Shown: positions 1 to 9,672 of the stretch, one piece after another
Layout of the letters: each line of letters opens with the position of its first letter
Numbering within the stretch: the stretch's first letter is position 1
IMG/VR virus record: IMGVR_UViG_3300029955_000001
Origin: a virus
Taxonomy: Duplodnaviria > Caudoviricetes
DNA length: 64,000 bases
Reading direction: 5' to 3' (one strand)
The notes under the pieces: model-generated
Databases searched by the model: none
Seen by the model: the letters and a program-made list of their open reading frames with translations, nothing else
Told to the model about the DNA's origin: nothing
Program-made: the position numbers and the translations under genes

Positions 1-104
1 CTGTTGTCACTTCCTTTTACCTCTCCCTGGTAATTAATGGAGTAAGCATTACTGGTAATAGGAATTCTAAAAAAACCTTCTACTTCGATATATTTTTCGA
101 ACAT
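1..104 (-). CDS. Putative homing endonuclease, N-terminal fragment (NUMOD4-like), runs off the left edge
   Basis: Manual translation from ATG at 104, open to the edge: MFEKYIEVEGFFRIPITSNAYSINYQGEVKGSDN. Resembles the NUMOD4 pattern (F/W-x-x-IP...Y-x-I/V-x-x-x-G-x-V) of HNH homing endonucleases. Not in the ORF track. Confidence 0.55.
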   Translation of the reverse strand, partial: MFEKYIEVEGFFRIPITSNAYSINYQGEVKGSDN

Positions 105-167
105 GTTATTTACTTATGTTGTATCTACATAGTATACATATTAGAAAAGAATTTAATAATTTTACTT
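1..167 (-). mobile_element. Probable group I intron (5' part) interrupting the virion RNAP beta' gene
   Basis: The exon ends GGA GCT GAC TTT (G-A-D-F, ending in U), then AAG TAA. The DGD half of the catalytic motif is missing and a NUMOD4-like ORF follows. The intron core would lie outside the window. Confidence 0.6.
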
Positions 168-1625
168 AAAGTCAGCTCCTAGTCGTGATAATTTAGCACT
201 GTGTGGAATTGTACTATTTACAAACGCACCATCTTTAATAGGGAACTCATAAGCAGTGTGTTCAGCATCCATTGGTTCCCACTGATCATTCAGTTCTGAC
301 CGTACTTCTGATACTGTTGTTGTCTTTACAAAAGCTTTGCTAGGGTAAATACTACCAACACCAGTAACAGGATAACGTGTAATGAATATTGGAAATTTAT
401 TCAACTCAGTATAACAAGATAAATAAAGTAGTTCACAGAACGTCAATGGATGTACATCATCTTTATTTCTTTCCAATGGCAATTCGTCTATATCTTGAAT
501 TAGCTTGAAAGTGTTATCGGGTCCTTTATAAATAAGACCAAGATAGTGCCCTTCGATAATAATTGGTTTATGCCTGATAGCTTCTTCTGAGAAACTTGTA
601 AGGACTTTTTCTATTCCTTCATCTGTCATCCATTTATCGAAGTATTGTGGTTTTAAAGCTACTTCCTCACAATGTAAAGTATTAACATTGACCAGCTTAG
701 CTGGCGCTCCTACTTCTGTGAATACTTTAGATAAGAACCCATGTCGAATATGATATCGTGCTACAGGCATAATAGATTTTAATAACTGATACAACCCAAC
801 GATTGTGTTATTAAAACCTACAGTACCTGGCGCGCCTAAATAAGATACACTGGTATCCATTCCTGTAATGACATTACGTGTACCGTTCATCAAACCACGG
901 GTTGCCCATTTACCTAGTAAGAGTTTATTCTTACCTTCTAACATGGCTTTGATAGTATTGTAAATTTCGTTAAAAGTTAGTTGTAAGTTATACCGTGCTC
1001 TGTCTAGCATTTCGGCATTGGTCTTTACAGCACTTTCAGAAATTGTATTTGCTATTGTTAGTAGCTGTCGGTAAAGTTTATTGATTTCATCTTCACGTGG
1101 GCGGCCATCTGGGCCTATTTCTACATCTCGATAACCAGCAGGCATAACCAGTACTTTTGGCGTTAAAGCAACTTTCTTATATTTATTTATCATGAGAATG
1201 CTTTGTTCGCGTAACGGACTGCCGGTTTGCTCAAACTCTATATTTTCCCAATGTTCAAGGAAGAAATTGAATCCTGTTTTACCAACTAGATTATTAGATC
1301 TTTCAAAATTCTTTAGTTCTTCATTCCAGGTAACATACTCTGTACCGTTAATAATACCACCATACAAGCGTTTAAGCTTAACAACTGCTTCGTAGATTAT
1401 TGGATGAAAAATAGGTATCTTAATATCGATAAAAGAGAAACGAAATAACCGTCTGTCATCTCCTTCTTTACCAAAAATAAGTGTAGAAAACAAACCATCT
1501 GGGTTGAATAAATTACTAGAGCCATCAAAGATATCTAGCTTAGTAACAGGTCGCATATTTTGGAGTTTATTGGGTGTAAGCTCCAAAAGAGTTATGTTAA
1601 AAGGTATATCAGAACGTTGTGCCAT
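162..1625 (-). CDS. Virion RNA polymerase beta' N-terminal subunit (phiKZ gp180-like), probably exon 1
   Basis: 487 aa with beta'-like segments (LFNPDGLFSTLIFG, VLVMPAGYRD, MLEGKNKLLLGKWATR, RYPVTG), ending at LGADF, the start of the NADFDGD-type catalytic motif. Divergent from a gp181-like gene, as in phiKZ-like phages. Confidence 0.85.
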   Translation of the reverse strand: MAQRSDIPFNITLLELTPNKLQNMRPVTKLDIFDGSSNLFNPDGLFSTLIFGKEGDDRRLFRFSFIDIKIPIFHPIIYEAVVKLKRLYGGIINGTEYVTWNEELKNFERSNNLVGKTGFNFFLEHWENIEFEQTGSPLREQSILMINKYKKVALTPKVLVMPAGYRDVEIGPDGRPREDEINKLYRQLLTIANTISESAVKTNAEMLDRARYNLQLTFNEIYNTIKAMLEGKNKLLLGKWATRGLMNGTRNVITGMDTSVSYLGAPGTVGFNNTIVGLYQLLKSIMPVARYHIRHGFLSKVFTEVGAPAKLVNVNTLHCEEVALKPQYFDKWMTDEGIEKVLTSFSEEAIRHKPIIIEGHYLGLIYKGPDNTFKLIQDIDELPLERNKDDVHPLTFCELLYLSCYTELNKFPIFITRYPVTGVGSIYPSKAFVKTTTVSEVRSELNDQWEPMDAEHTAYEFPIKDGAFVNSTIPHSAKLSRLGADFK

Positions 1626-1708
1626 TAGGCTTCCTTTCTGTAATTAAAACAGATTACGCTAAAAGTATGAATAGTGACACTTAAAGCTTAACTCATTTGA
1701 GGTAATAC

Positions 1709-4700
1709 ATGGCTAATAAAACAAAGTTCGAATTAGACCAATTTGGATTCGATTCATCGTTAGATATTTCTAATCTTGATTTTAGCAAAGCACCTAAGAT
1801 TAAAAATGATCGATCGCCAACAACACATACTGCTATAGGAGTTGCGAAAGGTATAAAAAAGTCCGTTATTACTTCGGCTTTTATTACCAATGCAATTAAA
1901 GCTGCTCTTCCAAAAGGATATGGTACGGCAGCAGATTTTGTTGGAAAGTCCACAAGTGGCATTAAGAATCTATACAATGATACTGCTCGGGATATTAAAC
2001 CACTAATTAACGATATAAAACGGACAACAGATAAAGTTGTCACGGCAGCAGATTCGGCAATTCCAAAAAACATTGCTGAGAAAATAAAGAAATGGACAAA
2101 GATTGAACAGAGCGCGTATCGCAGTATGTCGCCGGAAGAACAACGCGATGCAGCTTTGCGCATGCAGCTAGGTGAGATTTTTAACTTACAAACGCAAACA
2201 ACATTAAAACAATCTGCCAGAGATACAGCTAGAGAAAACATTAAAACTGGACTAGAACATAGTAGACATAAAGATCAAATGTCGCAGCTGGACGCTATGC
2301 GGATTAGTCTTCAGCAGATAGCAAATTATCAGCAAAAAATAGATTCTGGTTTTCAGCGTAAATCTTTGGAACTACAGTTCCGCCATTACTACGTTGCAAA
2401 AGACACGTTAGAAGAAATGCGTGTTTTTAATACAAACGCAATGCTTCAGTATCAGACTATTGCAAAGAATACAGGCTTACCTGATTTTGTAAAGTTAAAG
2501 ACATCTGAACGCCTTAAAGAAGTTTTACGCAATAACTTTATTAACGCCGCTAGCGCTAAGATTGATGCAAAACGTAAAGCATTTTTTAAAGACTTTACTG
2601 ATAGTTTATTACGCCAAGCTAAAGGTAAGCTATCGGGCTTTAGCAACGGCGCTAGAGAAGGTATGGGATATGCTGATCACTTAGATCAAGCTGGTGGTAT
2701 GGCGAGTATGGCAGATAACCCGCATGAAGAACGTGGTGATATGGCAGGGACGTTTTTCGGAAGTTTATTATCTGGTTCACTAGGTACTTTTCTAGGTAAG
2801 AAAGCAAAACCACTAATAAATAAATATACTAAGGGGAAAGTTGGTAACAGCATTCATCGTGTTGGTCATAAGTTACAGTATTTTCACGACGATGCGCAAC
2901 AAGCCGCATTAGAAACAGCAAATAATTGGGACCCAAAGAAACATGGTAAAGTTCTAAATGCTGTTGCTAAGTTTCTTGGGGATGCTGTTAAGAACACAAC
3001 TATTTCATCTACGGGTTTAAAGAGCGATAATCTTAAAGACATGCAACAACCTGCTCCGTTTAGTAGGCAGATAGCAAAATCTATTACTGAAATTATCCCT
3101 GGTTATTTAGCACGCATGTTACGTGAAATGCAGATGACGCGTACAGGCAAACCATCTGAGCTTACGCATTATGATTTCACACGAAATAAATTTGTTGGGG
3201 AAACAACGCTTAGAAGAACTATTCATGAAAGCATTGTTAACAAGACCGCTGTTAAGGACATCAGAGCTAGCGCTGATAGAATAATTGATACTGTTGACAA
3301 GAATAAAAAATTATCACCAGAAGCACGTAAGCATATTGGTGAACAATTAGTTCGTAACAATATCATTAAGAATATATCGGGCACAAAACGTAATTTAACT
3401 GATGCTAAACATTTTCAAGGTAAAGCAGAGCCACATGCAGCTGCGTGGATTTCTGCTTATAACGAATATCTCGGTAACGATGAAGCTGGTCATAAAGAGA
3501 ATCATGTTCGTGAAATGTTTAGAGATGTCGGGCAACACATGGAAGATGTTCGTTCCACTGTTGAGGACTATGATACAGCTGGTTACGGTTCGCATCTTAG
3601 TAAAATGGGATTTACTAAGACCGGTGAAGACACAATCAGTGTTGCTACTCTTACGAAGAAAGAACGCGATCTTTTAATTAAGCTTGGTATTCTTTATAAG
3701 GATAGAAACTACATTAATGTTAGCGCTATTAATAGTGGTAATATTAAGTTGATTGAATCAATGGGTTTAAAAATACCTAGTGGCAACTATGTTAATTTGC
3801 AGGGAATTAGCGAGATGTACGCTAGTGGGTCTGGCGCAGATGAAGGTGATAGTGGTCCAGGTAGACGTCGTAGACGTTCTAGGGTTCCGTTTGGCCCTCG
3901 TAAACCACAAGGTCCTAGTGCTGGTTTACACGCTCCATCTTCTCATGCCGATCAGCAGTTTCAGCATAATACGCAACAACGCAATATGCAATCGAAATTC
4001 GATCATGAAACTCGAGAAGCTATGCGTCATCAAGGTAAACCGTTTGCACACCAGACTGGTAACAATCCGCTAAATAGTCCGGTTTATGAACATCATTTAA
4101 AGTTAGCAAAGGAACGTGCTAAGCAAATATCGAAAGAAAACGCGCAAGGACATTCTAACGCATCAAGGTTTGAAGCTTTCAAGAACTTTGGTAAGCGTAA
4201 GATGGCTGATTTGCATTCTTTTGCGGAACATCACCAAATTAATAATCGTGCACACGCCGCTGTTGGTGGGGTAAGGAATACCCTTGAAGACATGCTTCAT
4301 TTTGGAACGCATAAGGCATCAGAAGCTAAGACGATGTTTCACGGTGCTGTACATGAGGCACATGCTAAAGCAACAGCTTTTAAGGACTCAGTTAAAGAAG
4401 CAGATTTAAAGAATAAAGCTGCATCTCATACTGGCATGGCTAAAAATACTGCTTCAGGGTTGTTTGAAGCGGCGCATGATAAAGCGGTTGGTTGGAAAGA
4501 CAGAATCAAAGCTAAAGCAAAAGAAACAGTAACCGCAACGAAACACGCTGTTGAAGAATTAAGTAAGCACGGTATGTTCAAAAAACATATTGGGATGGCA
4601 GATTTAATTCCTGGTAAGAAAGGTAAGCCAGTATCTGCTTTAGCGTCAATCGATGCTACTCTAAAACGTATTGAGAAGAAACTTAAAGACGGCATTGGCA

Positions 4701-7700
4701 CAGGCGGTGGCACTGGTAAAGTAAAAGGTACGCACTGGTGGAATAAATCTGTGTTAGGTGCGGCCGGCGACCTAGGTATGGGCGCTGTACATCTTGCCGG
4801 ACATGCTGCTCATATGGCAAATAGTGTTGTTGGTGGTGCTTTTTCTAATGCTTGGAAAATTGGTAAGTTTGGTGTTAGTGCAACAGCTAACACACTTGGC
4901 TGGGGTAAAGACAAGCTAATGAACTTACGAGATGTCTGGGTAAAAGGAGAAGACAAACCACGTTTACTTGCTTCTAAATTAAGAAACGGTTATTACGTCG
5001 ATCAAAAGACAAGAAAACCTGTTAGAAAGTTTAAGGATATTACTGGCACGTTACTGGATGAAAACGGCGATATTGCTTTGTACGATTATGAAATACCTAG
5101 AGCTTATTTGAAAGGTAAGCTAGGAGCTGTTTTACTATCTTCTGTTGGTGCTGTATTCAAAGGTGTAAATAGTTTGGTTAACGCTTACACTGGTGTGATT
5201 GGCACTGCTGTTAAAGCAGGTATATGGACAGGTAAGAAATTATTTAGTTTAACAAAACGTCCACAAGACGTTTATTCCAGAGACGATCTTACTACGCCTA
5301 AATTAACAGCAAGAACAATGCGAGCAGGCGGTTATGTCTCAGCCGTCACTGGTAAAGTTATTAATCATCCTGGTGATATTGACGGCCCTGTAAACATGGT
5401 AGTAAATGGCAAAGTAGAGCAAGCAATGTCTGCTGCTGAGGTAGCTAGTGGTGTACTGGATAGGAATGGCAAACCAATTAAAACTGGTATTAGAAAACTA
5501 CTTGGCATAGCTGGCAGTATTATTGGTTTTGCTGGACGTCAAGCTATGTCAATTGGTAGAAGCATCAACAAGACCATTGGTCATGCTGTTACTGCTGGTA
5601 AACATGTTGTTGGTTTTGCTAAAGATACATTATTGCACGGTATTACCGGTTGGGGTAAGGATCACACTGGAACTAGCATTGGTAAAAAGGGTGCTGATAT
5701 TGGCATTAAATTACTAACAGAAATTCGCAACATATTAAAATCTAGATTACCAGAATCTAAGAAGCATATTCTTGGTGATATAGATGGAAGTGGAATTCGT
5801 GAAGGTAGTTTTCAAGATGAAGTGCGTAAAGGTTTAGTCCCAGGAGAATCTTCATTAGATGCTTACGCTAAAGCACATCCTTCTAGTGGTGGTAAAGGCG
5901 GTGTCCTTGGAATGCTTGGCGGGTTATTTGGTAAGAAAGATAAGGGTGAAGGTGGCGATGGTAAGAAAGACGAGGAAGGTCACCCAGTTCGTGATATGGT
6001 AGAAGGTGAGTTAGTTGAACGTGGTATTGAGAAAGGTGCTGGTAAGTTTGGTCGTGCTTTAAAGTGGACCAAAAACTTAGCAAAGGGAGGGGCTAGTAAA
6101 GGTCTTAAACTTCTTTCAAAAATACCTGGTTTAAGTAAGTTCGCTAAACTCGCAGCGATGTTAGGCGGTACTGCTGAAGCTGCTAATTTAGCCGGTAGTG
6201 CTTTATCAAGCACTAGTGCCGCGCCTGGTGTAATGGAAGCCGGTGGGGTTGCCAGTAAAGCGGGAATATTATCTAGAGTAGCAGGGATTGGTAAAGCTGG
6301 TTTAGGCATGGCTAAAGGCGCAATGAGTGGTATAGGTGGATTAGCAGGTAAACTACTCATGCCGTTGACTGCTCTTATGTCAGCTGGTGAAGGAATTGCT
6401 GGCGAAGCTAATGGCCAAAGAATAGATAGTATTGGTAAGGTTATCCCAAAAGGCTGGGGTATGCTTAACCCGTTTGAGTGGGCGATGAATGGCGGTCGTT
6501 ATGCTGGCAATAAAATTAATTCTGGTTTAGATAGCATTACTGGTGGTCAGGGTATAGGTAGTAAAATTTACGACTGGACGCATGGTGATGAAGCTAAGAA
6601 ACTATCAACAGCATCTACACCTGAAGCAATTGCAGCTGCTAAAGCTAGGATAGAAAAAGCCAAGATAGATAGAGCTAAAACACAAGCGGAAGCTAATGCA
6701 GCAGGTAATAATGCTTCTGGTGTTCCATCTACATCGGACGCTAATCGTTCTGTGAATTCAGCAGAAGACTTAACAAACGATGAACGTGATAAACTGACTA
6801 CAATGACGCATGGTCAGAAACTTGCGTACATGGCTTCTAAGAACACTGCTAAAACACATAAAGCTGAATCAGGGATTAATCCAGGTCCTGGGCCGATGCC
6901 TGTGTCAGCCGCCGCTTTAGCAGCACTTGCTCCTCCTAAACCTAAACCATTAACACCTGAAGAAAAAGCAGCGGCTGATAAAGCAAAAGCAGATAAAACT
7001 GCTAAAGCTAAAGCTGCTGCTGTAGCTGCCGCTCCTAAAGAAGAAGGTTTCTGGAGTAGAGTAGGCAGTAGCATATCAGAAGGAGCCAGTACCGCTTACA
7101 ATGGTGCAATTAACGCAACGGGAGCAGGGATTGATGCTGTTGCTAATGCTGACTATTCTGTAAAAGGCATAGCTAACATGGGACACCATGCTGTTGCTGG
7201 CGCTAGTAATCTGTACAAAAGCGCTGTTAGTGCAACAGCATCAGGTATTGAGAACACAGTCAATACGGTGAAGTCTGGTGTATCTGCTGTTAAAAGCGCG
7301 TATAACTCTGCTGTAGATACTGCTGCTGATGCAATGATGGCCGTAGCTGGTGCCCCTAGAAAGGCAGCAGAGGCCGCTAGAGCAACGTATAACAAAGCGA
7401 TTGCTCTCGCATCAGATGGAATGCTTGCTCTTGCCACAGGCCCTTCTATCGTAGGTAAAGCTTATAACGCTGCGGTAGATAAAACAGCAGACGCTATGTT
7501 AGTTGCTTCAGGACTTCCATCAAAAGCTGCAAAAACTGCTAGAGAGGAATATAACAAAGCAATTGCTGCTGCTGGTAGCGCGTATGGTTTTGCAGTAAGT
7601 ACTGTGAAGAGTGGGATAGCGGCTGTTGGTAAGTCCGTTTCTGGTGTCGTAAATGATGCAAAAGCCGGATGGAATGAAGTAGATGAAAACGGTAATGAAG

Positions 7701-9610
7701 TTAAAAAACCTACAACATTACCAGGTAAACCAGGAACTCATGCAATATCTACAGTAACTGGTAAACCTGTTAATAAACCATCAGTAACGCCCGCTACTGC
7801 TACAGGCGGCAATGGTGGTGGTGCTGGAGGGTCTGGTATTGGTTCTTCTGGCCCTGTTGGTGTTACAGTAGGAGATAAGAAAGGCCCTCGTGGGATTAGA
7901 AATAATAATCCTGGTAATATTAATTTTGCACATCAAGCAGGTGCAAAATTAGAAGATGGCCCAGGTGGGCGGTTTGCTGTATTTGCTACGATGGAAGAAG
8001 GTATTTCTGCTTTAGCTAGGCAGATACATCTTTTCGTTGGTCGAGGTATAAATACAGTTAATGCAATTATTAGCAAATACGCACCTCCGTCTGATAATAA
8101 CAACACTTCATCTTACATTAATTCTGTTTCTAAAAAGTTAGGCGTAACTGCTGATGACGCGTTAGATATTCATGATAACGCAATACTGAAAGGCATTATA
8201 ACAGCAATTACAACAGTTGAATGCGGGGCTGGTAAAGTCAAAGAGAAATGTATTGATGATGGTATTGCATTGTACTTTGGGAAACCAAAGACACCGTCTA
8301 CTGCTGCAAATATCCCAGACGCACCACCTCCTCCAACTGCTGCTAAACCAGCTAGTGTAATTGCTGCTGGCCCTAGTGGTGTAAATGCAGCTCCGGCTAC
8401 TGGTGCAAATAAAGTACCAGTTATATTAAAACCATCCGTACCTACATCGGTTGTATCGGGTGTTTCTTCTACTCCTGCTGCAAGTAGTGAGCCTAATGGC
8501 AAATCAGGAAACTGGGATGTTAATAAGTCACTTGCGTGCTTAAACTCAAATGCTGGCCAAAATAGTCAGGGTCGTTGTGCTGAGTTTGTAAGAAAGGCTG
8601 TAGAAGCTGGTGGGGTAACTTTAAAGAGAACTACGTCTGCAAAAGACTATGGTCCTAGTTTAGAGAAAGTAGGTTTCAAGCCTACCAATGACGGCGCGCC
8701 AAAAGCAGGTGATGTTGCTATTATTCAACCTATACCAGGCCACCAACATGGTCACGCTACAATGTTTAATGGTAGAAATTGGATATCGGATTTTATTCAG
8801 TTACACGGATATTACCCAGGTGATTCTTATCGTAAGGCAAAACCATCAGTAATATTCTACCGGCATGCTAGTATCGCTGGTGCTGGAGTAGGCGGAGCAT
8901 CGTCTAATGAAGGACCTACTGAAGCTGTTTCTAAAACTAGTGAAATGGACGATAGTAAGAAGAAGCCAAAAGTACCACCATCGACCGAATCTGGTTTACC
9001 GGTTAGTGCTAGTACAAAAACTTCTGATCAACCTGCTGTATCTGGTTCCGCTCCAGTTGTAGCCGCAATAGCTTCTTCAGCAAGTGTAAAAACTTCTGAT
9101 GAACCAGTGACTGGGAACGAAGATTCATCAGTTGGAAGAAGGAAACATGGCGGCGTGACTGTTCCAGTTAGTAATGTCACTCCTGGAATTGTATATGGTT
9201 CAAGTACTCCAGGAAGTAACAACTCGCAAACAGTAACACCTGTAACTCCAGCAACCAAAGTATTAGCTGACCAAGGTAACTTTAACAGGCAAACGATAGG
9301 TGGTTTTGCACCTCCTCGCTCTCCTGATATATTGGCTCAAGCTCAGTATCATAAAGAAGATAATAACAAGGCTTTAGGTAACGTTGGCGAAACATTAGAG
9401 AAATCTTACGAAGTTCATAAGAGTCAACTTGAAGTACTGAATAGGATAGCTGATTTAATTATGGCTAAAAGTTCAGGAAAAGGTTCTGAAGATCAAAGTA
9501 AACCTGAAACTCCGAGAGGAGGAGAAGGTGTAAATGGTGCTGTTAACAGAACGCCTCAGCCTGCATCAAGAGTTCCGGTTTCCATGGCTAAACGTGGTAA
9601 CTGGCGATAA
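1709..9610 (+). CDS. Giant tape-measure/tail lysin (phiKZ gp181-like) with lysozyme-like and CHAP-like domains
   Basis: 2633 aa, Ala/Gly-rich and helical. RGIRNNNPGNI muramidase-like motif near 7889; CAEFVRKAVEAGG...GDVAII...HGHATMFNGRNWISDF Cys/His peptidase motif near 8514-8865. Position next to the RNAP beta' gene fits. Confidence 0.85.
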   Translation: MANKTKFELDQFGFDSSLDISNLDFSKAPKIKNDRSPTTHTAIGVAKGIKKSVITSAFITNAIKAALPKGYGTAADFVGKSTSGIKNLYNDTARDIKPLINDIKRTTDKVVTAADSAIPKNIAEKIKKWTKIEQSAYRSMSPEEQRDAALRMQLGEIFNLQTQTTLKQSARDTARENIKTGLEHSRHKDQMSQLDAMRISLQQIANYQQKIDSGFQRKSLELQFRHYYVAKDTLEEMRVFNTNAMLQYQTIAKNTGLPDFVKLKTSERLKEVLRNNFINAASAKIDAKRKAFFKDFTDSLLRQAKGKLSGFSNGAREGMGYADHLDQAGGMASMADNPHEERGDMAGTFFGSLLSGSLGTFLGKKAKPLINKYTKGKVGNSIHRVGHKLQYFHDDAQQAALETANNWDPKKHGKVLNAVAKFLGDAVKNTTISSTGLKSDNLKDMQQPAPFSRQIAKSITEIIPGYLARMLREMQMTRTGKPSELTHYDFTRNKFVGETTLRRTIHESIVNKTAVKDIRASADRIIDTVDKNKKLSPEARKHIGEQLVRNNIIKNISGTKRNLTDAKHFQGKAEPHAAAWISAYNEYLGNDEAGHKENHVREMFRDVGQHMEDVRSTVEDYDTAGYGSHLSKMGFTKTGEDTISVATLTKKERDLLIKLGILYKDRNYINVSAINSGNIKLIESMGLKIPSGNYVNLQGISEMYASGSGADEGDSGPGRRRRRSRVPFGPRKPQGPSAGLHAPSSHADQQFQHNTQQRNMQSKFDHETREAMRHQGKPFAHQTGNNPLNSPVYEHHLKLAKERAKQISKENAQGHSNASRFEAFKNFGKRKMADLHSFAEHHQINNRAHAAVGGVRNTLEDMLHFGTHKASEAKTMFHGAVHEAHAKATAFKDSVKEADLKNKAASHTGMAKNTASGLFEAAHDKAVGWKDRIKAKAKETVTATKHAVEELSKHGMFKKHIGMADLIPGKKGKPVSALASIDATLKRIEKKLKDGIGTGGGTGKVKGTHWWNKSVLGAAGDLGMGAVHLAGHAAHMANSVVGGAFSNAWKIGKFGVSATANTLGWGKDKLMNLRDVWVKGEDKPRLLASKLRNGYYVDQKTRKPVRKFKDITGTLLDENGDIALYDYEIPRAYLKGKLGAVLLSSVGAVFKGVNSLVNAYTGVIGTAVKAGIWTGKKLFSLTKRPQDVYSRDDLTTPKLTARTMRAGGYVSAVTGKVINHPGDIDGPVNMVVNGKVEQAMSAAEVASGVLDRNGKPIKTGIRKLLGIAGSIIGFAGRQAMSIGRSINKTIGHAVTAGKHVVGFAKDTLLHGITGWGKDHTGTSIGKKGADIGIKLLTEIRNILKSRLPESKKHILGDIDGSGIREGSFQDEVRKGLVPGESSLDAYAKAHPSSGGKGGVLGMLGGLFGKKDKGEGGDGKKDEEGHPVRDMVEGELVERGIEKGAGKFGRALKWTKNLAKGGASKGLKLLSKIPGLSKFAKLAAMLGGTAEAANLAGSALSSTSAAPGVMEAGGVASKAGILSRVAGIGKAGLGMAKGAMSGIGGLAGKLLMPLTALMSAGEGIAGEANGQRIDSIGKVIPKGWGMLNPFEWAMNGGRYAGNKINSGLDSITGGQGIGSKIYDWTHGDEAKKLSTASTPEAIAAAKARIEKAKIDRAKTQAEANAAGNNASGVPSTSDANRSVNSAEDLTNDERDKLTTMTHGQKLAYMASKNTAKTHKAESGINPGPGPMPVSAAALAALAPPKPKPLTPEEKAAADKAKADKTAKAKAAAVAAAPKEEGFWSRVGSSISEGASTAYNGAINATGAGIDAVANADYSVKGIANMGHHAVAGASNLYKSAVSATASGIENTVNTVKSGVSAVKSAYNSAVDTAADAMMAVAGAPRKAAEAARATYNKAIALASDGMLALATGPSIVGKAYNAAVDKTADAMLVASGLPSKAAKTAREEYNKAIAAAGSAYGFAVSTVKSGIAAVGKSVSGVVNDAKAGWNEVDENGNEVKKPTTLPGKPGTHAISTVTGKPVNKPSVTPATATGGNGGGAGGSGIGSSGPVGVTVGDKKGPRGIRNNNPGNINFAHQAGAKLEDGPGGRFAVFATMEEGISALARQIHLFVGRGINTVNAIISKYAPPSDNNNTSSYINSVSKKLGVTADDALDIHDNAILKGIITAITTVECGAGKVKEKCIDDGIALYFGKPKTPSTAANIPDAPPPPTAAKPASVIAAGPSGVNAAPATGANKVPVILKPSVPTSVVSGVSSTPAASSEPNGKSGNWDVNKSLACLNSNAGQNSQGRCAEFVRKAVEAGGVTLKRTTSAKDYGPSLEKVGFKPTNDGAPKAGDVAIIQPIPGHQHGHATMFNGRNWISDFIQLHGYYPGDSYRKAKPSVIFYRHASIAGAGVGGASSNEGPTEAVSKTSEMDDSKKKPKVPPSTESGLPVSASTKTSDQPAVSGSAPVVAAIASSASVKTSDEPVTGNEDSSVGRRKHGGVTVPVSNVTPGIVYGSSTPGSNNSQTVTPVTPATKVLADQGNFNRQTIGGFAPPRSPDILAQAQYHKEDNNKALGNVGETLEKSYEVHKSQLEVLNRIADLIMAKSSGKGSEDQSKPETPRGGEGVNGAVNRTPQPASRVPVSMAKRGNWR

Positions 9611-9612
9611 GC

Positions 9613-9655
9613 TAGAGTGGTGCTGAAAGGCACCACTCTAATTATATTTTTTTGT
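9613..9655 (+). terminator. Intrinsic terminator
   Basis: TAGAGTGGTGC-tgaaag-GCACCACTCTA followed by a T-rich tract, just after the stop at 9610. Confidence 0.8.
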
Positions 9656-9672
9656 TTATATTGGAGTAAAAG

